A DNA stretch of 64,000 bases from Raillietiella orientalis (Eukaryota), in contig JAYWIR010000011.1 in the NCBI GenBank assembly GCA_036172245.1, positions 1,054,001 through 1,118,000 of the forward strand, in the 5' to 3' direction. The notes under the pieces were generated by a model, which saw nothing but the letters and a program-made list of their open reading frames with translations, did no database searches and was not told the origin of the DNA. This document shows positions 36,872 through 48,599 of the stretch, piece by piece. A program made the translations under genes and the position numbers. Numbering within the stretch: the first letter of the stretch is position 1; every line of letters starts with the position of its first letter.

Positions 36872-37560
36872 CTCAGAAATCTCTTCTGGACTCCCATCCC
36901 CAAGGGCCATATTCGAGGGCCATCTGTTTGATTTTCGAGAACACCCCCGTTCCAGTGATAGAAGAAATGAAAATGATAGAGGATGCAGGACTTCCAGGCA
37001 TGACGGCAGGAGTCTGTCGGCACCCGAGTGGCTACCCTTGGGAGGAAAACTTCGTGTCCTGTGACCACTCAGGACCCTTGAGAAGCTCATGGGGAAGTAT
37101 TGGAAGTCCAGTACCAGCCTTTAGCTTAAACAAAAATCCGTTCTCACCAGCTTACTGTCTAATTCACACCACCCACCTGGTGGTGTATTCGTGCTGGCCA
37201 CCCGTCTGGTGGCCAGCATGTCGAGCTACTCTTTTGGAATTGGACGGGGTGCCTGGAGTTTGGTCCTCTTCTGCAAGGCAGGTTGACCAGGCATTGCAGT
37301 GCCTCCGGAATCAGTCAGCTGCTCCCCTTCACGGGAGCACCACCGCGCAAATGCAAAGCGCGGTTCACACCCCGTCCTCTTCCCCAAAGCGGGATGAGTT
37401 GGCGTACCAGATAGCATGCCGACTGAGAACAGATTTCTATTGAAGCTACAGGATGATCCACGAAAATAAGGGCGTCAGGTTAGCCCTGCAGAATCTTCAG
37501 GTTTGTGACGTAGAAGTCCTGGAATCAGCAGATGACTCCTTGAAGACGTCCCCCAGTAAG
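36872..37560 (-). pseudogene. EVE: orthomyxovirus PA-like C-terminal domain
   Basis: LLKGPEWSQDT~IIKGRSHLRNDT; PTDSCRHAWKSCIL~TDPRLEPHKWEKYCVL; FFYHWNG / SKIKQ..WGWESRR (36882-36938)~[22 protein letters not shown]. Confidence 0.75.
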
Positions 37561-37569
37561 GACAGTTCG

Positions 37570-38850
37570 AGCCCCCGCCGAAGAAAGCATCGAAGATGTG
37601 TCAAAATATCATGAGCAACCAGCTGCAAGTAGGGAAGCAAAAAAAGGATGGAGGATTCCCATGCTCTCCCAGAAAAAGAAGAGGAAAGTTCTCGAAAACG
37701 GACGGGACGAAAGCGAAGTATGGGATGAAAGGGATCTCCTCACAATTTGAGGAGGGTAAGACGTGCTTTCCCCCTCCGGTGAATAACATCACCATATGGC
37801 GAGCAGATGACGAAGAGAAAGTCCGGGCGGTATTGCAGTTGAAATCCGCAACACCGCTTGGAGGAGACAAAGCGGGGGGAAAGGAAACCCGGGTCGATCT
37901 GAGAAAGGAAGCAGGAATCGAAAAACCCTGCAGATCACTCCAGGAGGAGGAAGATGGAAACGTCAGATGTCAGGTGCAAGACATCTGCTAGCAAGCGTCT
38001 TGGAGACGTTTCCGAGCAGCAAGGCCAAACAGGTTTGTCCCTGGCAACGGACACGTTCACAGACAAAGCAGCACCTTGCTTGTTGCTCTCGCTTCCCTTA
38101 CAACTGCGGAAGGATGTTGAGAAATTCGGCACCAAGAATGGGTATGGAGGATTCCCTACTCGGGGTGGAGAACGGAGGACCACCAATGGCAGTGTCCAAT
38201 GCACGTCTCAGGAGACGAAAGATTGGTTCACGGCGGAAGTGCTCCAGGCCCATTTTGATGCCGGAACCTTCCTCGCTATCCCGGGACGTTAAGGAGCGGA
38301 GACTGATCTCGGCAAAAGATGCACCGCCTACGTGCTAAGTGTCTCCCAGAGTCTGGAACCGTGGAATAGAGAATGGGATAGTCTGCTCCCAACAAAAGGG
38401 ATTTCTCTCCTTCGACAGGATTCTGGAAAGAAATGCCAGCCTCCAAACTTGCTTGGATGACTCCAGACGGACCCCTGTCTGGAGTCATCCAAGCGTTTGT
38501 GGACTTCGCGAATGTCCTTCCAGCCGTTTCACACCAAATCATCCGGGGCTGCACCGCTGTCGCTCCAAGCTGGTACAGAATTTTGGCCCTCCCTGCTGAA
38601 GATCCATGTGATAATGCAGCCTCATCCGTCCAGTCGGACGGGCAAGATACCGGGGACGTGGGGATGCCGCCTAAGTGCTGTACTCTTCATCACTGCCATG
38701 GAGCTAATTTTACGTACGATGCGAACCTCTCTCGGGGAGGAATTCCTTCCGTCCGGCATGAGCCGACGAACTGGTCTTGAGTGCATTCACCTGAAGAGCT
38801 ATCTGGAAGGTCGGCACTCTAAAGCAGTTCAGGACGCCGTGCTGGCGTCT
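37570..38850 (+). mobile_element. Decayed Utopia/NeSL-like reverse transcriptase
   Basis: SQQKGFLSFDRILERNASLQTCLDDSRR / AFVDFANVLPAVSH / GCRLSAVLFITAMELILR, RT subdomains of RLE-clade elements. Confidence 0.8.
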
Positions 38851-39079
38851 CTTGTTGCTGACCCTCCTTTGTGCTTGACTCTCCCTTGTTGTGTTCCACT
38901 CTGCATTTCTCTGCTGCCAGTCTTACGGGGTTCGTACCCAGCCACTCCGGGACGTCTCTTTTGCAAAAAAACAAACAAACAAACCACAACGAAAAGGGGA
39001 AGAAGGGGGTTCCCTCATAGAACAAGAAATGCCAAAAAAAAAAGAAGTTCATGTGGGATAATCACCAGCACGCAGGCCG

Positions 39080-40070
39080 GCTTTCAAAAGGTAGAGAACG
39101 GAGAAAGGGGACAATAAATAAAAAAATAAAAAGATGGGAGGGTGAGGACGGGGGTCTTTGGTATGGGGCGTTCCTTCCTCTCTAGAAGCGGCTGTGGATG
39201 GTGGCGATCTCTCTTGCAACTTATTCTGGCAGATGAGACCACCTTGCTGCTGTCTTCATGAGAGTTGCTGCCATAGTAGTGGCCTCTCTTCGCCGCGAAC
39301 TTGATTCTAGCACATGGCGGACTGTCACTATGCAACGGATGCAACCGTTCGTTGCTATCACGGTACCCTCCTGCGGTATGCTTTCTGTGAAAAATCGTAG
39401 CATCAAGTCCTTTCTAGTGTCCTGCGGTCGACGAAACGCCGAAGCGAGTCTCTGCCACAAGTCCTCCAGGGCACTGCACTCCAACAAAAGGTGCAGGAGC
39501 GATTCCATCGCCCCGAACCTTCAACAGTTTGGGGAGGCAACTTCCCTGGAAACCAGGTGTCTGAGTTGATTGCACTGGAATCTCCCAGTGCAGAAACAGC
39601 AGCACCTCCTGTTTCCAGGGTTGCAGAAACACAGAGGTGTCCACGCAAAGGAAAGGAACCACGAGTTCTTCGAAGGGCATACCAAGCAGGTCACTACACC
39701 GAAGCAGTCCCTTTGCCCGGAAACGAGGAGTGGCGGCGTCCACCAACTCGCTCGTCTTGCAGCCGTTCCGTAGTTTTTCGACTCTTGCAATGCTGCAGGA
39801 GAACTCCCACCCCGCCTGCTGGCTGCTGCCTTGAGGGCAGACAGCGCTGCGGCAAGGGGTGCGACGACTATCCGGGGCCACTGTGTCCAGTCCTGCAGGA
39901 GATCTCCCAGCGGTTAATGTAGGAGATTCTGCAGAGGTCGCAGTTCATCTGGACGCACCCAGGAATGTGAGCAACCAGAGCACCCAGAGTGGCAACCCAG
40001 GACTCCAGAGCCTCCTGACTCCAGGCATCCCAGTTTACGGGGCGGCAGGAGATCCACGGATAGGCTTGTA
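39080..40070 (-). mobile_element. Tx1/L1-like LINE ORF2 3' portion (decayed)
   Basis: ESLLHLLLECSALEDLWQRL (zf-RVT/CCHC), the family terminal peptide and the 3' UTR. Homologous to 48600-49660 (LLQAYPWISCRPVN vs LLEAHLWISCRPLN). Confidence 0.7.
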
Positions 40071-40379
40071 GTAAGGAGGACAAATGCCTCAGGGGTTATT
40101 TCAACCTCACGGGATGCAATGCAAGGCCGGCCCCCTTCTTCCGCATCGGAGGGCGAAAGATCCCACACGTGGAAACCATTCGTTCAGTCCCTACGGAGGG
40201 GATGAAGCAACACAACCAAGTCGGAGGTTCCTCCTGACGCTGAGCTATCCTCCTGGGAAAAACAGATGCCCGGTAATTTCTCTCTACTCCAGCCTGGTTT
40301 ATTTTCAGCGATCGGGGGCACTCCCTAAGTCCGGACGGATTCTAATAAACGACCATATGAAGAAAAATGAATAAAAGAT

Positions 40380-40870
40380 AAATGTGACCTATGCGATCAG
40401 ATGCGATAGCCAAGGAATATTTTCACTCGGAATGCCTCGGGCCTTCGGGGATTTCCCAGATGAATCAGATGCCTTCTCGCTTTTAAGTTCCCTCCCCTTC
40501 CTTGCATCCGCAGAGCTCACGCTCGCGCGCATGACCTCCCAACACCGCAATGGAAAAGAAGCCTGCTGCTGCCCCAGGATGCTTTTTTTTTTTCTTCCAG
40601 GATGCTTTCGTGAAAGTGAAAATCCAGAAAGGTGTCAGCACAAAGTCTTTGACCCATCGACCCGGACAAAAGGTCCTTCTGCATACAAGACATCCACCGA
40701 TACTTACCAGACTTCTACAGGGTGAGCGACGCGACCTCCGGAACGCGGCTCCACTTGGATTGATAAGATTTATTTCTCTAAAGAGGTACATAATCTTATA
40801 ATAATAACAAGGATGGCTCCTCACCATCTTCCAGTCTTCTTCTTCCATCTCTAGCCTGATGATATACTGC
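40380..40870 (+). mobile_element. Decayed LINE APE-endonuclease fragment
   Basis: FGDF..TWIDKIYFS..HHLPV resembles GDFN..SRIDRIY.S..SDHLPV. Confidence 0.45.
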
Positions 40871-40964
40871 TGTTTTATAATTAGGTCGTAGACATTCAAG
40901 TGCTGCTCCGGCCCTCTTCTTTTATTACATATTCTTGCACCCTGTCGTCCAGCCGTTGACTTAA

Positions 40965-42830
40965 TCAATGTGTCCAATATATGTCTCGGCTGTGGCCTAT
41001 GCAGTATGCGACCATTAGTTCCGACATCTTCCTAGAGTAGGCTCTGGGAATGCCAAGATTTCGATGGACTCCACCATTTTTAGGGTCCCATGCTCCAAGT
41101 GGATCCGCAACTATGGCATGAACTTTCACTTGGAGCAGCCTCGTGCCCAAAGGGCACCGTGATCTATGAGAACCGAAGTCTTTGCATCCACCGTGATCTG
41201 TGGATAGTAGGGACCTCAGGCTCCGAAACCCAGGAGGTGCGATTGCCGCAAGTACCGCGATGAACCTTTCGCATGGTTCCCGGGATGAAATTGTTCGTCG
41301 TGCCGTTTGCGAGTATCCCATCGTCTCATAGCCTCGAGACAGTACGCACGAGCTGCCTCCACATCCATCTTATGCAAGAGCGTTCCAGCGTTGCAGGGAA
41401 GAAATACACACATGCACACGCACACACACTGTGCTCTTCAATTCTTCCAGAGCTTCCTGCATCGTCTTTCTTGTTGGGCAGTGCAGTCGAACCTGAAGAC
41501 CAACACTTCCTGCTGCTTTCATTTCCTCCTTTGTTTTTTTTTTTTTGTGGGTTCCTCCACCAATAGCCGCCATTCCTCAGTGGCCGAAAAAGGTGCTCGG
41601 GAAGTCCATCGTACATTCTGGAATAGCAAGTGCTTTGTCAAGACTCCCTTGCCTCTGGAAGCGCCAAGAGAAATCGGCGCTCGGGAACCTCCCACGAAGA
41701 GGATCCAGACGGCCGACGGTACTCCGGGCAGCAGTTCACTCCCCTTCCATCAACCACTCCTCCCTCCTTTATTTATCGCCCATTTTTTCCATTCCTGTGA
41801 GCAATTCTGGAATGCGCATTTTGGCTGTGCGCGCCCATGGAGATGGTCAAAACGCCTTGCCACACCACGAGGCGGGGACTGCGGACAACTGGCAGCAACG
41901 TGGCAAAAGCCTACACCAGAATGCGGCTAAAATTGGACCTAACCGCCTCTAAAGATCACGCGAGCACGAAAGAGAGCAGCAGGGACGACGCATCAGAACC
42001 ACGAGGGAAACGAGAACTCCCATTCCCGGATAACGTCAGGAACAAATGCCCACATCTGGCTGCACTAATCCAGAACGTAATCGAGCGCATTCGCTCCTGA
42101 AGCACAAATCTTTCATGAGGGCAGGAGGACGTGATCCTGCTTTTGTTTTTGTTTTCTTTCCTTTGCGCAGCTGCACTTACACAAGTGGTGCCATTTCAGA
42201 TTGTATACAAAGAATTCTCCAAAAGAGAAAAGACCAGCAAAAAAAGCACCAGCAGCTCGGATGTGGATGCGATGCCAGATCTGCAGCACTCCGAGTATCG
42301 TCTGCAGCCATTGGGTGTGCGACTCCTCCACTTCATGAGGGCCACTCGCAGGCCTCCCCATCACTGGATGATGTTTCCGGCTCATTGAAGGACGGATCCG
42401 TAAATCGCCGCTTATCTGCGTGCGCTGCGTGGAATGCGCTTCGAGTGAGATGAACACAATTAACCAGAGACCGATACGGAGGAGGGAGTTTCCCTGCGTC
42501 TGTAACAGGCAGCTTGCTCGCGGGCGCGGCCAAACATTCCGGGGGAATCATCTACAGCTCCGTCTCGCTTCTCCATGGTGCAGCGGCGCGATAAAAAGGA
42601 GGAGAGGAAAAATCGCCGAGCCGGGCGTCAGAAGTCGAAAATTCCACCTTTCGTTCCTCGAGTGCGCTCCCCGAGGAGTGAGAATAATGTAATTCGGATT
42701 TCAGCATTCTGACAGGAAAAAGAAGATGCCGTTTTCCCCTTGAGCAGCAGTTGCATCCACTTGGCCAAAAACTTGACGCTCCTGCATCCGCTAACGCATT
42801 TTTTCGGGGTGTTTTTTTGTTTTTTGTTCA
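40965..42830 (-). mobile_element. Utopia-like non-LTR element 3' part with restriction-like endonuclease (decayed, rearranged)
   Basis: VHAIVADPLGAWDPKN..LGIPRAYSRKMSELMVAYCIGHSRDIYWTH* is the typical Utopia C-terminus (GALGSWDP.N..SRDIY.EH). Confidence 0.8.
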
Positions 42831-43540
42831 TTCCGTCTTGCCCATTTTAACTTGCATCCGAACCTGAACTCGTGACGTTCCAACTTGGTGCTCGGAGAGA
42901 GCACAGGGCAGCTCTGGGTTCCAAGAGCCATCCTCCGTTCATTGGACCGCACAGTTAGTGTTCCTTCAGGTGCCTCATGGACAATTCCGGCTATATCGCC
43001 TGAGGATCTGGCGCTTTATATCAAGTGGAATCACGAAAACAGCACATCCGTTTCCTTCCTAAATCACAGCCCTCTATTTTTCGAAGACAGGGTTTTCAGA
43101 AAAACTGTCTCCATTTGCACCATCTGGTGCACCTTTCTCATCCTCCGGGAAGCAAGATGCCATCGCTCCCATGGAGTTTCATTGCTTTATCTTCCTAACG
43201 TAATTCTTCACTCACGTGTGTGGGCGCATTTCTTTCTGTTTGTTTTTTCTCGAGGTAGTCGGCTGTAGAGAGCGCCGTGATCAAGTTCGAGCGGGAAATG
43301 TCCACCCGGCGTTGAAGCCCTCTACAAGCGGTACGTTTTGAAACCTTTCGGAAGGAAGTTGATGTTTGCTATAAGAGTCTCAACACTCAACGCCGACAAG
43401 GAGCGCCGCAGCAGCGAAAACCGATCTCTCTGCTTCAGCTAAAGATGCTGATCAGCATCAGTTTGTGAGAGTTTTTGCTGCATTTTTTTTCTGAAAAGGC
43501 ACCATGGACCTGTGAGAGCCGAAGTCTTGCCATCCACCAT

Positions 43541-44160
43541 GCCCGCGTCGGGAGCCGCGTGACTGCTGAGGTCTCCTCCGCGCGTGACACCACCGAGCTT
43601 CGCGGGTTCGAATACTTGGAAAGAATCAACGTCGAGAGATGGGGGTGCGTCGTGGGTTCGAGTTCCTCCCGCAAGATGATGCTGGTTGGCCTCTATTCGG
43701 GCGCGGCTCCGGTAGCTGTTCAAAGCGGATGCACCGATGAGCGGCCGGGATTGGGAGTCGACCTCCGGGTCCTTCCAAAAGTCAAGGAGTGGTGCAAGGG
43801 AGCGGACTCCCCAGCTTTCGGAAGGGACCGTCCGTCTCATTCCATGGAGTAGATGTGGTACCTCTCCAAAGAGTGCAGAGAAGCGTGCCGCTCCCTTCGG
43901 GGAAGTAGTGCCCTTCTGAGAAATTTCAGAAGCGTCCCTCCGGGGTTCTTCTCAGTGGAGGAGAGAGGAAAGAGAGGTTCCCTTGCGAAGGTCCCTACGG
44001 AGAGAAGAATGAAGAAGGTTCGATTCGGAGACAACCAGGACGGAGGTTCGCTTCGGGGATCTCTCCTCAGGCGTGAGAGGAACGGGACTCCCTTCTCTGG
44101 AGCCCTTCCTGGATTCATAGAGTGGTCCCCTCTCAGGGTACCCCCCATCTTGAAGAACGA
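43541..44160 (+). mobile_element. tRNA-derived SINE family copy, 3' truncated
   Basis: Head GCCCGCGTCGG..GGGTTCGAATAC, with a body collinear with 50031-50760. Confidence 0.8.
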
Positions 44161-44177
44161 CTTTCCATCCACAGCGA

Positions 44178-45060
44178 GGACCTCAGACCCCGAAACCCAG
44201 GAGGTGCGATTGCCGCAATTACCGCGATGAACCTTTCGCATGTTTCCCGGGATGAAATTGTTCGTCGTGCCGTTTGCGAGTATCCCATCGTCTCATAGCC
44301 TCGAGACAGTACGCACGAGCTGCTTCCACATCCATCTTATGCAAGAACGTTCCAGCGTTGCAGAGAAGAAATACACACATGCACACGCACACACACTGTG
44401 CTCTTCAATTCTTCCAGAGCTTCCTGCATCGTCTTTCTTGTTGGGCAGTGCAGTCGAACCTGAAGACCAACACTTCCTGCTGCTTTCATTTCCTCCTTTG
44501 TTTTTTTTTTTTGTGGGTTCCTCCACCAATAGCCGCCATTCCTCAGTGGCCGAAAAAGGTGCTCGGGAAGCCCATCGTACATTCTGGAATAGCAAGTGCT
44601 TTGTCAAGACTCCCTTGCCTCTGGAAGCGCCTAGAGAAATCGGCGCTCGGAAACCTCCCACGAAGAGGATCCAGACGGCCGACGGTACTCCTGGCGGCAG
44701 CTCTGATGGTGAAGTCGATGCATCAGGCTGGGTAGGTTTGGTTGAAACGGGGAAAGGCAAGGGGTTCGCCCTATGCGAGGAAGACTGTTCTTATAGTCGA
44801 GTGGCGTCATCGGCCCGACGTGATTCACCCGAGAGCTCCCGTGGGTGACGGGAAATCAGTGACGGGAATTCGTGGAAGACGCAAACGGGATGGAGTTTGT
44901 CTGCCGCATTTTCTGCTTCGGATCCTGCTGCATCAGATGCTGCAGAAGTTTCAAAGGATGGAATCTTCCCGTCCTTTGAAACTGGCAGAGGGAGATCCCG
45001 ATAGCTGTGGTAGGCTATCGACTGCTCAGGGTTGTCGAGGTTTGGATAAAATGGCTGTGT
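44178..45060 (-). mobile_element. Utopia-like fragment; 44178-44700 is a near-identical duplicate of 41210-41733
   Basis: Direct sequence comparison shows only scattered substitutions over about 520 bp. Confidence 0.85.
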
Positions 45061-45120
45061 AAAGTCAGACTGAAGAACTAAAGTAAAATTCGCAGGAAAA
45101 ATAAAATGCATGTATTTATA

Positions 45121-45930
45121 GCCCGCGTCGGAAAAATAAATAAAAAAACAAATATATTGATATCCTCCCCCCCCCCGCCTCCGCAGGAAGACGCTGGTTG
45201 GCCTCGGTTGGCTTCGGATGCTGTGCTGGATCGAAGCCGGAAACCCCACGGATACCCCCCGTTGACTGGCAGGGACTGGAAGATTACCCTCCGGGATCCT
45301 TCCAGGAATCAAGGACCTCCTTTCGGGGTTCCCTTCCAGCTGCGAAAATGGAGCTTTCCACTCCCCCCCTTCCTCCTCTCCTCGGGACTGCCTCGCCGGA
45401 GTGTCAAGAAGCGCGCTGCTCCTTTCGAGGAGCATTCTTTAGGGGCTCTCTTCGGAGGAGTAATAAGGAATGGTTCCCTTGCAGGTTTCTCCCCCGGAGA
45501 AGAAGCGAAGAGTGGTCGTCTCTGGGGGCTCCCTCCGGAGAGACGAAGAGAAAGAGGTTCTCTTGGGGTTCCCTTCCCCAAGTGTAAGATGCAAGGACTC
45601 CTTTCTTCTGGAGATCTCCTAGAATCATAGGGTAGTCCCTCCGGGATGACCCCCCATGACTCGAATAGTTACATGAAGCACCCTCATGTGACGTGGACAG
45701 TGCTTAAGGTGCTTTGCGAGCTCTCCTAGGGAGGTTCTTGAGTACTCAGCGAATCTTCCTCCCCTTCCCCCATCCCCATCCCCCCAAAAAAAAGAAAACT
45801 CGAAAAAACAGTTCTCTGGAGGGGTCTCTGCCTATGGTCCCACTCCTCTGACGAGAACCAGGCTCATAAAAAGACTTCTTTCTACCAGGAAACCGGTAAA
45901 AAGAAAAGAAAGGCAAGCGAAGTGCAGCTG
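45121..45930 (+). mobile_element. tRNA-derived SINE family copy (divergent, head damaged)
   Basis: Begins GCCCGCGTCGG; body motifs GGTCCTTCCAGGAATCAAGG-like, GGTTCCCTTGC and GGACTCC..GAATCATAGGG. Confidence 0.7.
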
Positions 45931-45949
45931 GAGATTTTCTCGATCCTCC

Positions 45950-47180
45950 CATCGCATTTACTCTGCGTATTCATCACTCTGCGTGTTCATCTTTTCCAGC
46001 ATCCATGTAGCCACGAGAAAGAATACTTGCAATTGAATCTTCCTATTCAAAGCTCCGTGCTCAAAGACTCGGCCGCAACCGACCGCGTCACTCTTGAGAC
46101 TGCTGTCTGTCCTAAAGGGACGACTCCAGTCTGCTTCAGGGCAGGGGTCACTCCGGAGTCCTGCGCTGCTCTGTATCCCGCTTCCGCAACTACATAAGTG
46201 TATGTTTTTCCTTCCCAGAAAGCAATCCCGTGAATTTTCCGTGCAGTTATCATGATCAGCTATTCAAGGGAACCGCTGCTGGATTCGATCTTTGCGGCAC
46301 GTACCGGAAATGTTGCCGGGAGATAGCTATTGATCTCCTCCCCGTCTACGCGAGGATAATAAAATGCATTCGATACGTGTTTTCAATTGGGATGTCTTTT
46401 CGTCGGCAATAACCAAAGCTGGGTGAAAAGGAGAAGTTGGAAAGGGCTCAGCGATCGGACGGAAATGGTTGCCATTGACGATCGTGCAAGGGAGCCACCA
46501 GATCTCATACCATTTTTTCCGCACACGGCCATGAATGCCACGCCGGTTGAACGCCTCAGGCACGTAAGAGTCCGACTCGCTGGCAACTGGGAATAACGCG
46601 AAAAGCGACCACAGAGTTCGTGATGGACGCCGGTGCCCGTGTGCGCTCAAGCCTCCAGGAAGACCACTGCTTTTCCCGTGAGCAGCCTGGACTCATTATG
46701 GAGCAGTACTTCTGACCTGGGGGATCGACCCCTGCCGAATATTTCATTGGTGCTCAGCTCTGCCGACATCGGTCCTCAGCTTCTTGTCGAGCACCGAGGC
46801 ACACAACCCATAGTTCCTCTTGATTGCTGATTCGTGGATTTGGAACGTGATAAAAGCGGGAAGAGGAGGGAACGATCCCGGAGCAGGAATCATGAATTCA
46901 GAAACGGTCATTTGGAAATGACAGTGCGCTCTCAGGTGCAGGAAGACGTGGTTCCGTCAGCGGGCAGGACTGTGAAATGGGTGATCAAAAAGATCCCATT
47001 TGAATTTCTGCATTGTCTGGAATGTGCGGACAGCATGCGTTGCCAAGGCGCGCGTCGTCGTGAATGAGAAGAACAATTCCTGATCCCAGCATTTCACGTC
47101 GTCGGTTCTGAATGGCATGCCGCAGTTTCGGACTTGCGGAGTGATGGTTGTTCCAGGCCCCACAAAGTCCACCAAAAACA
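45950..47180 (-). mobile_element. Decayed Ty3/gypsy pol fragment (RNase H - integrase)
   Basis: KFKWDLFDHPF~KFRPYLFGRPF (RNase H), then AHGHRRPSRTL (HHCC start) and PIAEPFPTSPFH (integrase core start), in gypsy domain order. Confidence 0.55.
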
Positions 47181-47199
47181 CACCCTTTTAGTCTTCTCG

Positions 47200-47510
47200 G
47201 TAGCAGAGAGGAAGGGAAACAAACGGAAAGAAAAATAAAAGAAAAAATAAATAAATACGAAGAAAATTGGGAGGGTTCGCTAAGGGATCATTGGGAGCTG
47301 GAGGGCGTCCTCTGCATCCTTGTAAGGATGCCGGCAAGTTCCTGTTTCACTGTTCCCAGATGGGGCCATCTTGACGCGATCCTCATGAAGAGGACGGCAA
47401 AGTAGATGGAGTCCCTATCATTTAAGCCTCCTCTTGCGTTGCTCCATGAAGCCACAATCCCGCGTAGGCAACACAGTGCTGCTAGGGATGCGGTCGGATG
47501 GGGGCGTCGC
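47200..47510 (-). mobile_element. 3' end remnant of a Tx1/L1-like LINE
   Basis: Reverse complement closely matches 33050-33290 (FMRIASRWPHLG..ELAGIL.RMQR). Confidence 0.7.
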
Positions 47511-47524
47511 GCAGGAAGAGGCTC

Positions 47525-47858
47525 TTTCAGAGGTCGTCCCTTGGAGGGAAGGAGACGGCTCCATTTTCACAACCGGAAGGAAACCCGAAGGGAACCGACT
47601 CCTTCATTCCTGGAAAGACCCCAGATGGTGCACTTCCGATCCTGGACAGTCCACGGGGGCACCTGGTTTCCGGCTGCTTCCACCATTGACGCACCCGAAG
47701 CCAGTAGACCAATAAGCGCCATTCTGAGGAGAGAACTCGAAACCCACGACGCATACTCCACTTCTCGGCATAGAGATCCTCCACGTGGCGTGGGGATTTG
47801 AATCTGCAACGCTTGGTGCCACGCACGGAGGTGGCAGCCACGCAACCGCCAACGCGGA
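47525..47858 (-). mobile_element. tRNA-derived SINE family, 5' fragment
   Basis: Minus-strand head CCGCGTTGGCGG..GTGGCACC..GATTCAAATCC plus the first body segment. Confidence 0.65.
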
Positions 47859-47899
47859 CCAAGTTATCGCAAAATCTCGGATTCCTTGGGAGCCACCAG

Positions 47900-48480
47900 C
47901 CGACGCATTCTGCGCCTACTCGCCCTCCATAGAAAAGCTGCTTTTCTTCTTAAAGGGCTCTGAGCGATGCGGCCAAGCCACGGAATAACATCCCTAGAAT
48001 CCCGGAAGCAGATTTGACTTTGGCCAGAGTGTATGCACCGTCGTGCACTCCGATAATTCCATCCGCAGCTTTGTTCCCGTTATATGGACCACCATCGAGC
48101 GGTCCGCCATGGCTGACAAAAGCTTCCTGCTCTAGATGCTTGCTGAGGTATCGAGGAGTTGCTGAGCAGGTACCTGCATCCTTGCAGGTGAACTTCACGA
48201 CTTGTCCCCCACTCATCACCTCGAAATCTTCCAGATCTGCCCTCTCCACGTCAAGGTGGTGCAGCCCTTCGGAAAAAGGGCGCCCAACCGGTGTGGACTT
48301 CGGTGGTCTTGCCCAACCGGCAAGACCAAGACGGCCTACCAACCACAGGTTTACCCGTTTGTTTTGGTGAGAAAGCAGTTACTCTCTTTCTTCGCCCTTC
48401 GCAGCCGATCCTCATTGCCACTTTACCCGGAACGGCATACATACAATCTCCAGGAATACACCTCATCGAGATTTTCATCC
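47900..48480 (-). mobile_element. Possible LINE ORF1 fragment
   Basis: ORF 47950-48342 is protein-like and lies among Tx1-like remnants; no decisive motif. Confidence 0.3.
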
Positions 48481-48599
48481 GGTCATGCCGAGGCGTTTAT
48501 TTTATACAAATAAACCAGACGAGAACGCAGTTCCCAACCAAGGACAAACGAAGTTCAAGGAGATAGTCATCCGACACTCAAGTCGGGACATTTGAAAAT

